From Reclinomonas americana ATCC 50394 (taxonomy: Eukaryota): 62,154 nucleotides of DNA. Below, piece after piece: positions 11,828-22,496 of the stretch. The stretch's first letter is position 1; each line of letters opens with the position of its first letter. The notes under the pieces are model-generated. The model did not search any database and was not told the origin of the DNA. It saw nothing but the letters and a program-made list of their open reading frames with translations. The position numbers and the translations under genes were made by a program. The stretch spans positions 80,173 to 142,326 of the forward strand of contig PS015020.1 of NCBI GenBank assembly GCA_048213135.1. The letters are read 5' to 3'.

Positions 11828-14800
11828 ATGGACGTGGGCGACTATGTGATTCTGGGCATTGAGTTGCTCATTCTCGAGGTGCTCATTGTCTCTGTGTTTC
11901 GCTATTACACCAAGCGGAGACGCGTGGGGTGAGTGTTGACACACACAAACACACACACACACAAACACACACACAGAGGGAGGAAGAGTGTGAGAGAGTG
12001 CTGAATCGCTGCTCATTGCAGTTGGGCGGAGCGATTGACGGTGTTGTCGACGTATTCGCTGTGTCTGTCGTGCCTCATTCTGTTGCCGACGGATGTGGCC
12101 AAGGTGAGTCAGTCGATCAAGCGTACGCACGCACTGATGCAGTTCAATCCACAATGAGGATCTTGTGCGAATTCGTTTTCGTCTTTGCTCTTTGTGTGCT
12201 TGTTCTTCTCTGCCGCTCGGAGTTCTCATGTTTCTTCGTTTCCTTCTGCTCTCCATTCCTCCCTTCCTCCACCTCCTGCTGCGCTTGTTGCTGTCGCGCT
12301 TCCTCTCGTCCTTGTCACTGCCTTGCTCCTTGTCCTCATCCTTTTCCTCCTCTTCTTCTGTTCTTCTACTTCTGTTCTTCTTCTTCTTCTTTCTTCTGTT
12401 CTTCTTCTTCTTCTTCTGTTCTTCTACTTCTGTTCTTCTTCTTCTTTTCTTCTTGCTATCGCTCTCTCGTCCTCGTTATTACCTTGCTCCTTGTCCTCCT
12501 CCTCCTCCTTCTCCTCTTCCTGGCCCACTCGCTCTCCTCGTCTTCCTTCTGTGCCTTGTGTTGTTGCTTTCTCTCTCGTCCCCGTTATCACCTTGCTGCT
12601 TGGCCTCCTCATCCATCTCTTTCTCTTCCTTGCTTTCCCGTCATTTCCTTGTTCCTCTCCTCCTCTTCCTCATCTTCCCTTCCCCACCCTCTCCTCCCCC
12701 CACAGTGCGTTCAAAACCCCGACACATGCCCGCGAGTGGACACTACGACGCACAAGGTCGTGCAGGCCACCGACTGGACAGTGATGTGGAAGGTGTACTT
12801 GTGGACCATTCTCAGTGTAGCATGGTTTGTCTGCTGCTTCTTGGAGAGTTCCCTCGCTCTGTGCCTGTCGCTCACTTGTGGGTGTGTGATCAGGATCTAC
12901 GTGCCGGTCTTCCGTGCGTATGTGGCCGAGGGAGCGTTCACTATGATGGCGCGCATCTGGGCGTCTGTCAAGGAGAATGTTGCGCTCCTGCTGCACTCGT
13001 GATCGTCCATCATCGTCTTCATTCTGCTCACGCCCTACTCTCTCCCCGTGGCGCAGCTGCTCATTTATTTCACCATTGGTGGCGGCTGCGCCGTCTTTGT
13101 CATTTACAAGGCGATCACCGATCACTTGAGCTTCCAGGCCATCTATGCCATCTGCATTGCGATGAGCAACTCGTTTGGTCTGCTGGTGGTCATGCTGTTG
13201 ATGGGCTACGGTCTGGTGGAGTGCCCGCGCTTCTTCTGGAACGCCGGCAGTCGGTCCACGGAGGCCCGTGTGGTGGTGCGTCGTTGTCGTCGCTCTTTTA
13301 CGTGTGTCAGCAGAGGAATTCATCTGGGTGGCGGTGGGTAGGCATTCCGTGCTCCTGATGTCGTGGAGTCACTCGAGAAGGCGCAGCACGAGTTGCAGGC
13401 TTCTCTGGGTCTGTTGCAGGAGCTGGATCGGAAGATCACCGCCAGCGATGCTGAGCTGCGCAAGTACCTGAAGATCATTATTGAGACGGTGAGCAAGGGG
13501 AAAAGGGAGAGAGGAGGGGCGATGACAAGTTGATCACACTCTGTGTCCTCCGCACTGCATTGTGCTATCACCGTCATTTCTAACATTGTCGCTTTCCCAC
13601 TCCGTGCCCTCCTCACACTGCGTGTTGCCGTCACCATTCCACGTACTCCTGACGTCGCACAGTGCACTCATCTTCCTTCCATTATGTGTTTCTTCCCACT
13701 CTGCGCTCTTCGCTTGCCATGCAGTGCATAGCATGGTCACCTCACGCGTTCGTCACCCACTCTGCCTCGCTGCATTGCTTTTCGCTCTCTGAAGCTCCTT
13801 GTTGCCTTGTTCTATTCGTGCTCGTCTCCCACTCTTAGCTTTCGGCAAACATTCCCGACGATGCATCATGTTATCGCCATCCTTGCTCCTCGCCCACTCC
13901 TTGGTCAACACCTTATCCTCTCTCTCTCTCTCTCTCTCTCATAAATCAAACTTCCCTTGTTCCCTCCCTTGAAGATTGGCACCGCTCTTCTACCCTCCCC
14001 GCTGTCTCCTTTTCTCCTCTCCGTCTCCCTCCCCTTTCTCCTCTCTTCCCTTTCTTCTCTCCCTTCCCCTCATTATTCTCATCTCCCTTCCCTTGCCCGT
14101 CCTCGCAGGCCGGCGAATACTACAGCGTTGACGGCACATACCTCAGCGACAAGGTCGGCGAAATCAAGCTGCAGGACATTGAGTACGACATGCAGCTGGC
14201 ACGCAAGCAGCTCGGTCACTTGCACGAAGAGATCATTCGCCAGGTGCAGGTCTACGGCAAGACTCGCAAGTTGCGCACCACTCACCTCGCCCCCTCTCAT
14301 CATTATTTGCATTTCGCTGACGATGTTCGCGCAAAGTCGCTGGCTGTACCTGCAGGATCGGTACGCCTATCTGGACGAGCTGCGATCGTCGGCGGGCAGT
14401 GGTGCCGTGTTGCGTCTTTCCGCACTCTTGTCACACTCGCAATCTACTTGCCTGTGTCACTGAACCCTTTGTTTGTCGGTGCAGTGAAATGCGCATGAAG
14501 TACCAGGCAGAGAACAACAAGCTCAAGCGGTTCTGGCGAAAGACCAGTTGCGTGACGCCGCCGCTGTTGCCCTTGCTTGCCTTTGTCTCGTGTGTGCTGA
14601 CCCGAGAACAGAGTACTTTTGGGCCGTGTGGGGCGTGCCGATCACCATGCGCACGCTCAGCATCATCTTTGCTATTCTGTCGTTGCTGGTGCTGTGGTCG
14701 GAGACCACCATGTTCCTGGCCAGCTACAACTACCACTTTTCCGTGTTCTCGGTGGCCATTGAGCAGGCTCCCAAGTCGTTCTTCATCGTGCAGGTGCGGG

Positions 14801-16093
14801 GTGAAATCATCGTGCTAAGTCCCCCTTCATTGGTGGTGTGCCTGACTGCTGGCCAGATGTACGTCATGGTGCCGCTGGTGTACATGAACTTTGTGTGCTA
14901 CTTTTCGCTGTTCCGCGCCAAGTTCTTCTCGTTCTACGAGTTCCTGCCGTACTACTCGGACCAGCAGACCATGCTTTTCAACACCCTGTTGCGTCGCCGC
15001 CACTCCGACACCTGCAGACAATGTGCCCCTGCATTGCTGACTCCTTGCAATGCGCAGCTTTATTTCACGTTTCACGCTGCCAATCTGCTACAACTCGCTC
15101 ATGTTTATCCGCGAGGACAAGCTGCTCAATCACGGCACCGCGGAGGAAGGCACCGAGTTGGTGTCTGGCTTCTCATCGGTTTGTTTCACCACCGCTGCCT
15201 TTGTTTCTCGTCGTCTCTCATGCTTGTTTCATTGTCGTAAATAGGTGCTCGGCACCATGGACGTGGTGCCCCTGGTCGGCGACTACTACTTTGTGTACTT
15301 CCCCGCCGTGCTGCTCCTGCTGGTCGTCTGCAACACCTTCTCCATCTTCTCGCGCTTGCTGGCCTGCTGCGGCCTCGGCAAGAACATGTCGTTCATGAAG
15401 GAGAGCGACAGCCTGGTGGAGGAGGGCGAGCGGCTCATTCGCAACGCGCTGGCCATGCGCCGCGGTGGCGAGGATGTTGCGTGCCGCCGAATGTCGTCTG
15501 TATTGTGTGTTTTTTTGTGCGGAGTTTGTTGAACTCAACAGTTGCGGGTGCAGCGCGATCCCATGTTGATGACATCGTCGTCGTCGAGTATCGAAATGCG
15601 CGACATGGAGGGCGGTGGCGACCAGAGTTCGACCGCGCGCAGCAAGTGGCGCTCCAAGTACGAAGAGGAACGCAAGTCAAGAGACCCCTACAAGGACGCC
15701 AGCGGCGCCAACGCTCGCGACTCGACGCGCTTCAAATCGGTGGACGAGTGGCTGACCAACAACAACAATGTTGGAAGCGCTCGCCCTGCCAACAGCTCGA
15801 CGACAACAACGACCACCACTGCCAACAGCAGCAGCTCGGCATCACGTGCTCCTCCACCGTCATCCTCCTCCTCGCTGTCGTCGTCACGAGGCGCAGCCAC
15901 TGCCACCGCTGCATCGACGCCACCAAGCAGCATGTCCACTGTAGCACGTGGCAGTGGTGGTGCCAGTGGTGGAGCGGCCAGTGGTGGAGCGGCCAGTGGT
16001 GCAGGGCGTGGCGCACCAGCTGCCGGCGGAAGCAGTGGCAATAGTCGCGTCAGCAATCTGAAGGCGCTGTACGGACTCAGCGACGACGACTGA
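11828..16093 (+). CDS. LMBR1-domain multi-pass membrane protein (LMBRD2-like)
   Basis: Spliced translation gives LILLPTDVAK, WKVYLW, SVKEN, MSNSFGLLVVMLLMGYGLVECPR, SLLVLWSE, RFTLPICYN, MDVVPLVG..YFPAVLL, VEEGERLI, and a low-complexity C-tail. Confidence 0.88.
12104..12705 (+). repeat. Long pyrimidine-rich, (TTC/CCT)n low-complexity intron of the LMBRD2-like gene
   Basis: GTGAGT...CACAG boundaries; internal TTCTTCTACTTCTGTTC and (TTC)n runs. Confidence 0.8.
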
Positions 16094-16269
16094 GTGGTGG
16101 CCAAAAGGCTCGAAAGTGCTGATCCACCCTTCCCCCTTTTTTGTTTTGTCTGAGTGTGCAGTGGAGTGAGAGAGAACCAATGAAGAGAGAAAATTATGAC
16201 GAAGTTGTGCACGCAGGACAGCTGCTGCCTGGCAGGTGACACGTTGTGTGTGAGCGTGTGCGCGTGAGA

Positions 16270-17025
16270 ATGGCAGATGCGGTGAGTGCGGAGAGTGTAC
16301 GCACGAAGAAGGAGAGACTGTCTCTAATGTGCATCTGCATGTGCATTTGTTCCGAACACATGCACACACACTCTCACTCGCACACACACGCACACTCACA
16401 CAGGAGAGGAAAGAGAGAGAGAGAGAGAGGGAGAGAGAGTAGTAACAGTGTGCGAGAAGAGCGCGCGTGCCCTCACCATCATCCATCCCACCCTCACACT
16501 TACCCCCGCCAGTCGCCCCCCTCCTTCTCCTCGCGCTCACAGTACGGCTCCACCGTAAACTCGTCGTACGAGCGACTGACCATCACCGACTCGATTCCCG
16601 TCTGGTACCCCGTAACCGCCCCCAACTGCCTGACCTATGCCGCCATGCATTTCATTGTGCTCTCACCCTGCCTCATCTACACCAACGCCTACGCCCTGCT
16701 CGGCGCCAACAGCACTGCGCTGGCGGCAGTGTGGCTCGGAGTGGCCGGGTGTGTGGTGCTGCTGCTGTCGTGGCTGCTGGGCACGTGGGTCACGTGGCAG
16801 TCGGGCTCAGTGCTCTTTTCGGCGCTGTTTGCACTGGGCGGGGTGCTGTCGCTCGTGTCGCATGCGCTCGTGTGGAGCGCGTGGGACTACTTTTATGTGA
16901 CGATGACGACGTATGGCATGACGACGAGTATTGGCTCGTCGTGCTTGTTTGCGTTTACGACGTTGTTGCTGTTCATGGGCATTGTGGCGAGAGTGAGGGC
17001 GCAAAAGTGGGCAAAGGGCGTGTAA
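16270..17025 (+). CDS. Hypothetical ~165-aa protein with about 4 TM helices (exons 16270-16281 and 16543-17025)
   Basis: MADA|YGSTV.. joined in phase 0 across GTGAGT...CACAG; four hydrophobic stretches; stop at 17023-17025. Confidence 0.6.
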   Translation: MADAVSAESVRTKKERLSLMCICMCICSEHMHTHSHSHTHAHSHRRGKRERERGRESSNSVREERACPHHHPSHPHTYPRQSPPSFSSRSQYGSTVNSSYERLTITDSIPVWYPVTAPNCLTYAAMHFIVLSPCLIYTNAYALLGANSTALAAVWLGVAGCVVLLLSWLLGTWVTWQSGSVLFSALFALGGVLSLVSHALVWSAWDYFYVTMTTYGMTTSIGSSCLFAFTTLLLFMGIVARVRAQKWAKGV

Positions 17026-17219
17026 ATCGGCGATTGTGCCACGCACTTTATGGGAATTCCGATGTGTACAGTATATGTCTCTTGTTCCACTCCCTTGCAT
17101 CCTCTAATAATCCTGCGGAAGAATGCAGGCAACTGGATTCGCGATCGGATTCGCCCGCTGCGTTTCGACGTCCTCTGCGGCGAGTTTTCTGGCGGCAACG
17201 GAAGCAGCCTTTGCCTTGT

Positions 17220-18088
17220 CTAGTTCCAGCGCTGCGCATACATATACACGACAACAAACACAGACGCACACCATGAGGTGCACTACGCGTGTCCATGTCA
17301 GGAGAGACTCCGGTACGGTACCTCGATCCCACCACTGCTGCGGGATGTATTCGGCGCCGGCTGAGCCGGACGTCGACCTTCTGCAGTCATCCAGCGTCGG
17401 CAGGGTACGCGAACAGACTTGAGCAAGCTGCGCCCGTTTCGCCACCGCCGCTTCGGCACGCCGCTGCTGAATGCGCAGCCACTTCTCGTCGGCAGCTGCC
17501 AGGCCGGCGCCTGCAGCTGGCGTTTCAGGCGGCAGGTGCTGTGGCGGCAACGGCGACTGCGGCGACAGCGGGTGCTCAAGTCGTTGCTGTTGTTGCCCAG
17601 CGCGCCCATCGGCCTCCTACAGACAGCCACCGACGCGTCAGAGGGCCCGGGGACAAGGTGACTGTAGACACACAACACACACACACACACACCTCCTGCA
17701 GACATTCGTGACTACGTTCGTCGTCCAACAGTTGTGCTGACAACGCATAGCCCCAGGGGCGGGCGAAGCCTTTGATGACGAGGGGGTCCGTGGCCGCATC
17801 GGGGTTCTCCCAGCACACCAAACAGGTGGCAGCGGTCGCCAGCGCAGAGGCATGGAGTGAAGGCACCACTCCCAAGTCTTGCTCGGTGACCTCGTCAATC
17901 ACATGCACGTTGCTGAACGCGTTGAAGGCAGGGGTGTAGCGGTGGCGCGGGGGATGGAGCACGAGCTCGAAGAGGCGCACGCCGGCCTTCAGGGATGACA
18001 CAAGCCGCTCTTCCTCTTTTTCGTCATTCAGCTTGAGCACTCGCACGAGCAGGCGAAAGCCGTCGCGCTCGATTGCGTCGGTGCTCAT
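17220..18088 (-). CDS. Hypothetical protein, 3 exons
   Basis: MSTDAIERDGFRLL... joined by two phase-0 GT-AG introns, ending ..VVHLM|RWN*; no family recognised. Confidence 0.55.
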
Positions 18089-18201
18089 GGAAGTGGACAC
18101 ACGCAGAGGAAACGCTCAGTTTACAGTAATTGAAGCTTAAACGAGGGACGTGAACCTGAACGCATCCATTCATTCGTTGCTTATTTTTCTTCGCTCCTCT
18201 C

Positions 18202-18336
18202 TCAGAGCAATCCCTGCTTCTTCATCAGCTCAAACGTCTTGCGTGGAATGACATTGCCATTGGCGTCCTCAAACTCCTCCTCGGTATCCGGTCGGAATGT
18301 GTCCTCCACCGTCTGCTTCTTCAGCTTCTCGTACAC
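18202..18336 (-). CDS. SF3A3: SF3A3/Prp9 last exon
   Basis: YEKLKKQTVEDTFRPDTEEEFEDANGNVIPRKTFELMKKQGLL*, the conserved SF3A3 C-terminus. Confidence 0.92.
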   Translation of the reverse strand: MYEKLKKQTVEDTFRPDTEEEFEDANGNVIPRKTFELMKKQGLL

Positions 18337-18794
18337 TGCGAAGCAAGAGAGCGTGAGACGCGCAAGCAAAAGGACCACGTGAGTGGCAGNNNNNNNNNNN
18401 NNNNNNNNNNNNNNNNNNNNNNNNNNNNNNNNNNNNNNNNNNNNNNNNNNNNNNNNNNNNNNNNNNNNNNNNNNNNNNNNNNNNNNNNNNNNNNNNNNNN
18501 NNNNNNNNNNNNNNNNNNNNNNNNNNNNNNNNNNNNNNNNNNNNNNNNNNNNNNNNNNNNNNNNNNNNNNNNNNNNNNNNNNNNNNNNNNNNNNNNNNNN
18601 NNNNNNNNNNNNNNNNNNNNNNNNNNNNNNNNNNNNNNNNNNNNNNNNNNNNNNNNNNNNNNNNNNNNNNNNNNNNNNNNNNNNNNNNNNNNNNNNNNNN
18701 NNNNNNNNNNNNNNNNNNNNNNNNNNNNNNNNNNNNNNNNNNNNNNNNNNNNNNNNNNNNNNNNNNNNNNNNNNNNNNNNNNNNNNNNNNNNNN

Positions 18795-19588
18795 TGCCTC
18801 AACACGGCCCATCTACTAACTTATTGGTGCAGATCCCGGATCGACTTGCGTGAGTTCCACAACGCGGAGGAGCTGGCGTCGGTGCTCGGCCTTGACGGTC
18901 TCAAGGAGGAGCTCATGTCGCGCGGCCTCAAGTGCGGTGGCACGCTGATGCAACGCGCCGAGCGTCTCCTCTCCATTCGCGGCCTCAGCGACGACCAGAT
19001 CCCCGCCTCGCTCAAAGCACCGGTGCCGGGTGGCGCCAGCAGCGGTGGCGGCAGTGGTGGCGAAGCCGAAGAGGTGACGCGCATGTCGGCACTGATGGAG
19101 GCACGCGTCGGCGTGTACTGCGACTTGCTGCACGACAGGATTGAGAACACCAAGATGCACACGGAGCGCAAGCAGGTGCGCACGTTTGCGGAAATGGAGG
19201 CCGAGCAGGAGGAAGAGGAGATGGAGGATCAGACGCAGCAGCCGGAGGAGGAGGAAGAGGAGGACGATGGAGTGATTTATAACCCGAAGAATTTGCCACT
19301 CGACGCCACAGGTGAGCCGCACGAGAGATCTTGCCATGTTGCTCCTCTTTTTCTCACCCTGCCTCCCACCGCAGGCCGACCAATCCCGTACTGGCTTTAC
19401 AAGCTGCACGGCCTCAATCTGGAGTACAAGTGCGAGATTTGCGGCAACCAGAGCTACTGGGGACCGAGGAATTTCGAGCGCCACTTCCAGGAGTGGCGGC
19501 ATCAGTACGGCATGCGATGCTTGCGCATTCCGAACACGCGGCATTTCCACCACGTCACCAAGATCACTGAGGCTTTGACTTGTTGCGT
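18795..19588 (+). CDS. SF3A3: SF3A3/Prp9 middle part, on a contig inverted relative to the rest of the gene
   Basis: GLDGLKEELMSRGLKCGGTLMQRAERL (SAP-like), IYNPKNLPL, PIPYWLYKLHGLNLEYKCEICGNQSYWGPRNFERHFQEWRHQYGMRCL (zinc finger); gaps on both sides. Confidence 0.92.
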
Positions 19589-19608
19589 NNNNNNNNNNNN
19601 NNNNNNNN

Positions 19609-20676
19609 CTTCTTCCACCGCAACTTTCTCTCCGGGTCCTCCGCATGCACCTGCCACCCAATCACCTGCTTGGCCGCCCACTTGTCCAAAAAGTCGTCCT
19701 CTGCACGCCTAAGCATCGCCGTGGGATCCTCCAGCGGCTGTGACCGCTGATGGAAATCCTGCAGGTACTCCAACAGGCCCGACAGGTACTGCAGGTACTC
19801 GCGACCGCCGCGGTATCTCCGCATCGCCATCAGCGGCGGCGACGGCGCAAAGTTGCGGAACTCGTCGAGGTACGTCACATAATCGATGCCCGTGTGGTGC
19901 GACAACCCGCGCAGGTTCGTGTACATCTCAAACGCCAAGTGCAAATCGACATTGCGTCCGTACCGCTCCTCGCCCGAGAACTCCACAATCGCCTCACTGG
20001 TGCCAAACTCACCCCCGGCGCCATACAAGTGCGCAATGTCGGCATCCGGGTCCGACACTCGCTCGTCGGGGTTGGGTGCGTGGAAGAGTCGCACGTCGGC
20101 CACACGCGAGGTGAAGGCCGTCCACAGACGCTGTGCATTCTCCTGCGACAAGCCCGCAATCTCCTCTTGCAGTGCCGGGTCTTGCCGCCCATGCAAGTGG
20201 ATCAGAGAGATGGCCTTGGCCCGGGCCATGTCAATCAGCTTGCGAATGCGTTGGTTCTGATAGACGCGCTCACGATGCTGCCAACACAAAAGCGCGAAAT
20301 TGATCAGTGATGATGATGCTGATGATGACGCAATGCACTCCTGGTGTGAGCATACGGGTGAGTGTGTGTGTGCGCGCGTGTGTGCGTGTGTGTGCGTGAA
20401 GAGAGAGAGAGCGCGTGCGCGTTTGCAAAGAGGACATTTCGTGTTGTCTTCTCTTGACGCGCACACTCTCTGCGCTCTCTCGCTCGCTCTCTCGTTCCAC
20501 CGCATGCAACAAGAGACACTCACATTACACACGCACACACACGCAGAGAGAGAGAGAGAGTGGAGAGAGAGACTCACCGTCTTGGCCTTCTCTGTCAACT
20601 CATGCACAATGCGCGCCTGATACCGCTCCACGTCCTCATGCAGCGTTCTCACTTGCTCCAAGTACGTAGTCGTCAT
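19609..20676 (-). CDS. SF3A3: SF3A3/Prp9 (U2 snRNP SF3a60), N-terminal part
   Basis: MTTTYLEQVRTLHEDVER, FSGEERYGRNVDLH, DYVTYLDEF, YLQDFHQRSQPL. Confidence 0.92.
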
Positions 20677-20757
20677 ACTCTCACACACAAGCAAGCAGCA
20701 AACAACAACGAGAAGAGAAAATTCACGTCACGACAACACAATCGACAACAACACATT

Positions 20758-22351
20758 ATGAGCACTCGCAAACGCACTCGCGCACAGGTCACTGCTGAGG
20801 ACGCACCTGCAGCTGCTGCAGTTGCAGTTGCCAGTGAGGAGGAGGAAGGCGCCAGTGCGCAGAAGCGACGAAAGCGTGGCACTCGCGCATCTGCTGCTGC
20901 TCCTCCTGTTGCGCAAGAGCACGAAGTGACGCATGCAGTGGCTGCAGCTGTTGTAGAGGAGCAGGAGCAGGAGCAGGAGCAAGAGGCGCCTGTGGAGGTC
21001 AAGGCCGAGGTGAAGAAGGAGGAGGAGGANNNNNNNNNNNNNNNNNNNNCCCCTTGAAATGCTCCACTCACGTCTCTCTGGTGCGCGCAGGAGGGTGATC
21101 CAGAACTGCGTGCCAAGGCGCTGGAGAAGCTGAAGAAGCAGCGTCAAAAAGGCGGCGTCAGCGAGCGCAAGGCTACGCAAGCCGTGCAGAGCGTCAAGAC
21201 GATTATCGAGCGCACCTTCCAGGGTCGTGTGCGCACTCGATCGTATCGGGTAAAGGTACAGGGTGTCGAGGACTCGGGCCCGCGGAAAGGTGTGTTCTAT
21301 CCATGTTCTCTCCGTTGTTGCTGATATTTCGTCGCACTCACTGTGCATCGCAGTGGGCGTGGACGTAAAAGTGGAAAAGAAGGAGCAGGTGGAGGAACGG
21401 ACGCATGAGCGCACGACCACGAATCCGTTCTTGTGCGTTCGGGGTGTGCTTGACATCGGGTACATTGTGTCGCTGATGAGCATGTTGGTCGCTTGCAGGC
21501 TGCTGACGTTGGACATACCGCCGGCACCGCTCTTTGTGGACGCCCACGAACGCAACATCATCCCTCAAGTGCCTCTCATGACGCTTCTGAGAAAATTCGA
21601 CGGCGTGACGACGACAGTTTTGTCTCCCTGTATGCAGACCCTGCGCACATGCATTCTCATTTTCGCTTCTTGTTTCGCAGGACGTGGCCGTGGGAGCTGG
21701 TACGCTGGAGAAGCGCTCGTACACCATCACGCGCCTGCCCGAGTACATTATTTTCCACATTCGGCGCTTCACAAAGAACGAGTTCTACGTCGAGAAGAAT
21801 CCGACAATTGTCAACTTCCCGCTGGCCAATCTCGACATGGTGCGCCCGTCCTTGGTCTCGTCTCGTCCTCTCACGCGAGCCACTCATCGCCTCCACGCAG
21901 AGCCCGTTTGTGGACCTCGATGAGTCGCAGCGAGGCAAGGTGAGCACCAAGTACAACTTGGTGGCCAACATCACGCACGTTGACGAGAAGAACCCCGACG
22001 ACGAGGGCGGCAAGTACAAGCTGCACGTGATGGACGAGGGCTCGTACAAGGTGCACGTGGTGCACAAGGTATGTGCCGACCTAACTCTGGAATGTGGCGG
22101 CATGGAAGAAGATGATGATTGTGTGTTGCACCCAGGCGGCCAACCAATGGTTCGAGATCGACGGTCTCGTGGTCAAGGAGGTCATTCCGCAGCAGGTGGC
22201 GCTCTCGGAGGCCTTTATCCAAATATACGAGCGCCAGAACCTGCCGTCGGCTGGATCCTCATCGTCGTCGACCACCACGACCACTGCCTCATCGGCCGCG
22301 GGCCCAAGTGGCGTCCGCAGTAACGGCAACGGCATGGAGGTGGACCACTAA
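20758..22351 (+). CDS. USP39: USP39/Sad1 (U4/U6.U5 tri-snRNP protein); the ZnF-UBP and early USP region are probably missing in the 20-N gap at ~21030-21049
   Basis: TIIERTFQG, LTLDIPPAPLFVD..ERNIIPQVPL..LLRKFDG, YTITRLPEYIIFHIRRFTKNEFYVEKNPTIVNFP, KYNLVANITH, WFEIDGL..VALSEAFIQIYERQ. Confidence 0.9.
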
Positions 22352-22496
22352 AGGGCGGTGGTGAGGAGATGAGAGGGAAAAGAAAAGAGAGAGAGAGAGA
22401 ATGCCTCGTTTGCGCAATGAGACCGAATGCATAATAGCCACCAAGACCAAACGGTGATGATTGCGCGCCATTCGTTCATTTTGCAGCGCGGTGGCG

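Noticed and set aside
11929-13358. Long hydrophobic or low-complexity ORFs from the ORF track
   Set aside because: These are translations of the pyrimidine-rich intron. Most overlapping antisense ORFs in the track are GC-rich shadows of real exons.
15961-16000. 15-bp tandem repeat
   Set aside because: It encodes (ASGG/A)n in the low-complexity LMBRD2-like tail; there are no spacers, so it is not CRISPR-like.
18795-19588. Gene scrambling or trans-splicing of SF3A3
   Set aside because: Both orientation switches coincide with N-gaps, so an inverted contig explains it more simply.
21030-21049. USP39 apparently lacking its ZnF-UBP and N-terminal USP region
   Set aside because: The missing part maps exactly to a 20-N placeholder gap, so this is not evidence of domain loss.
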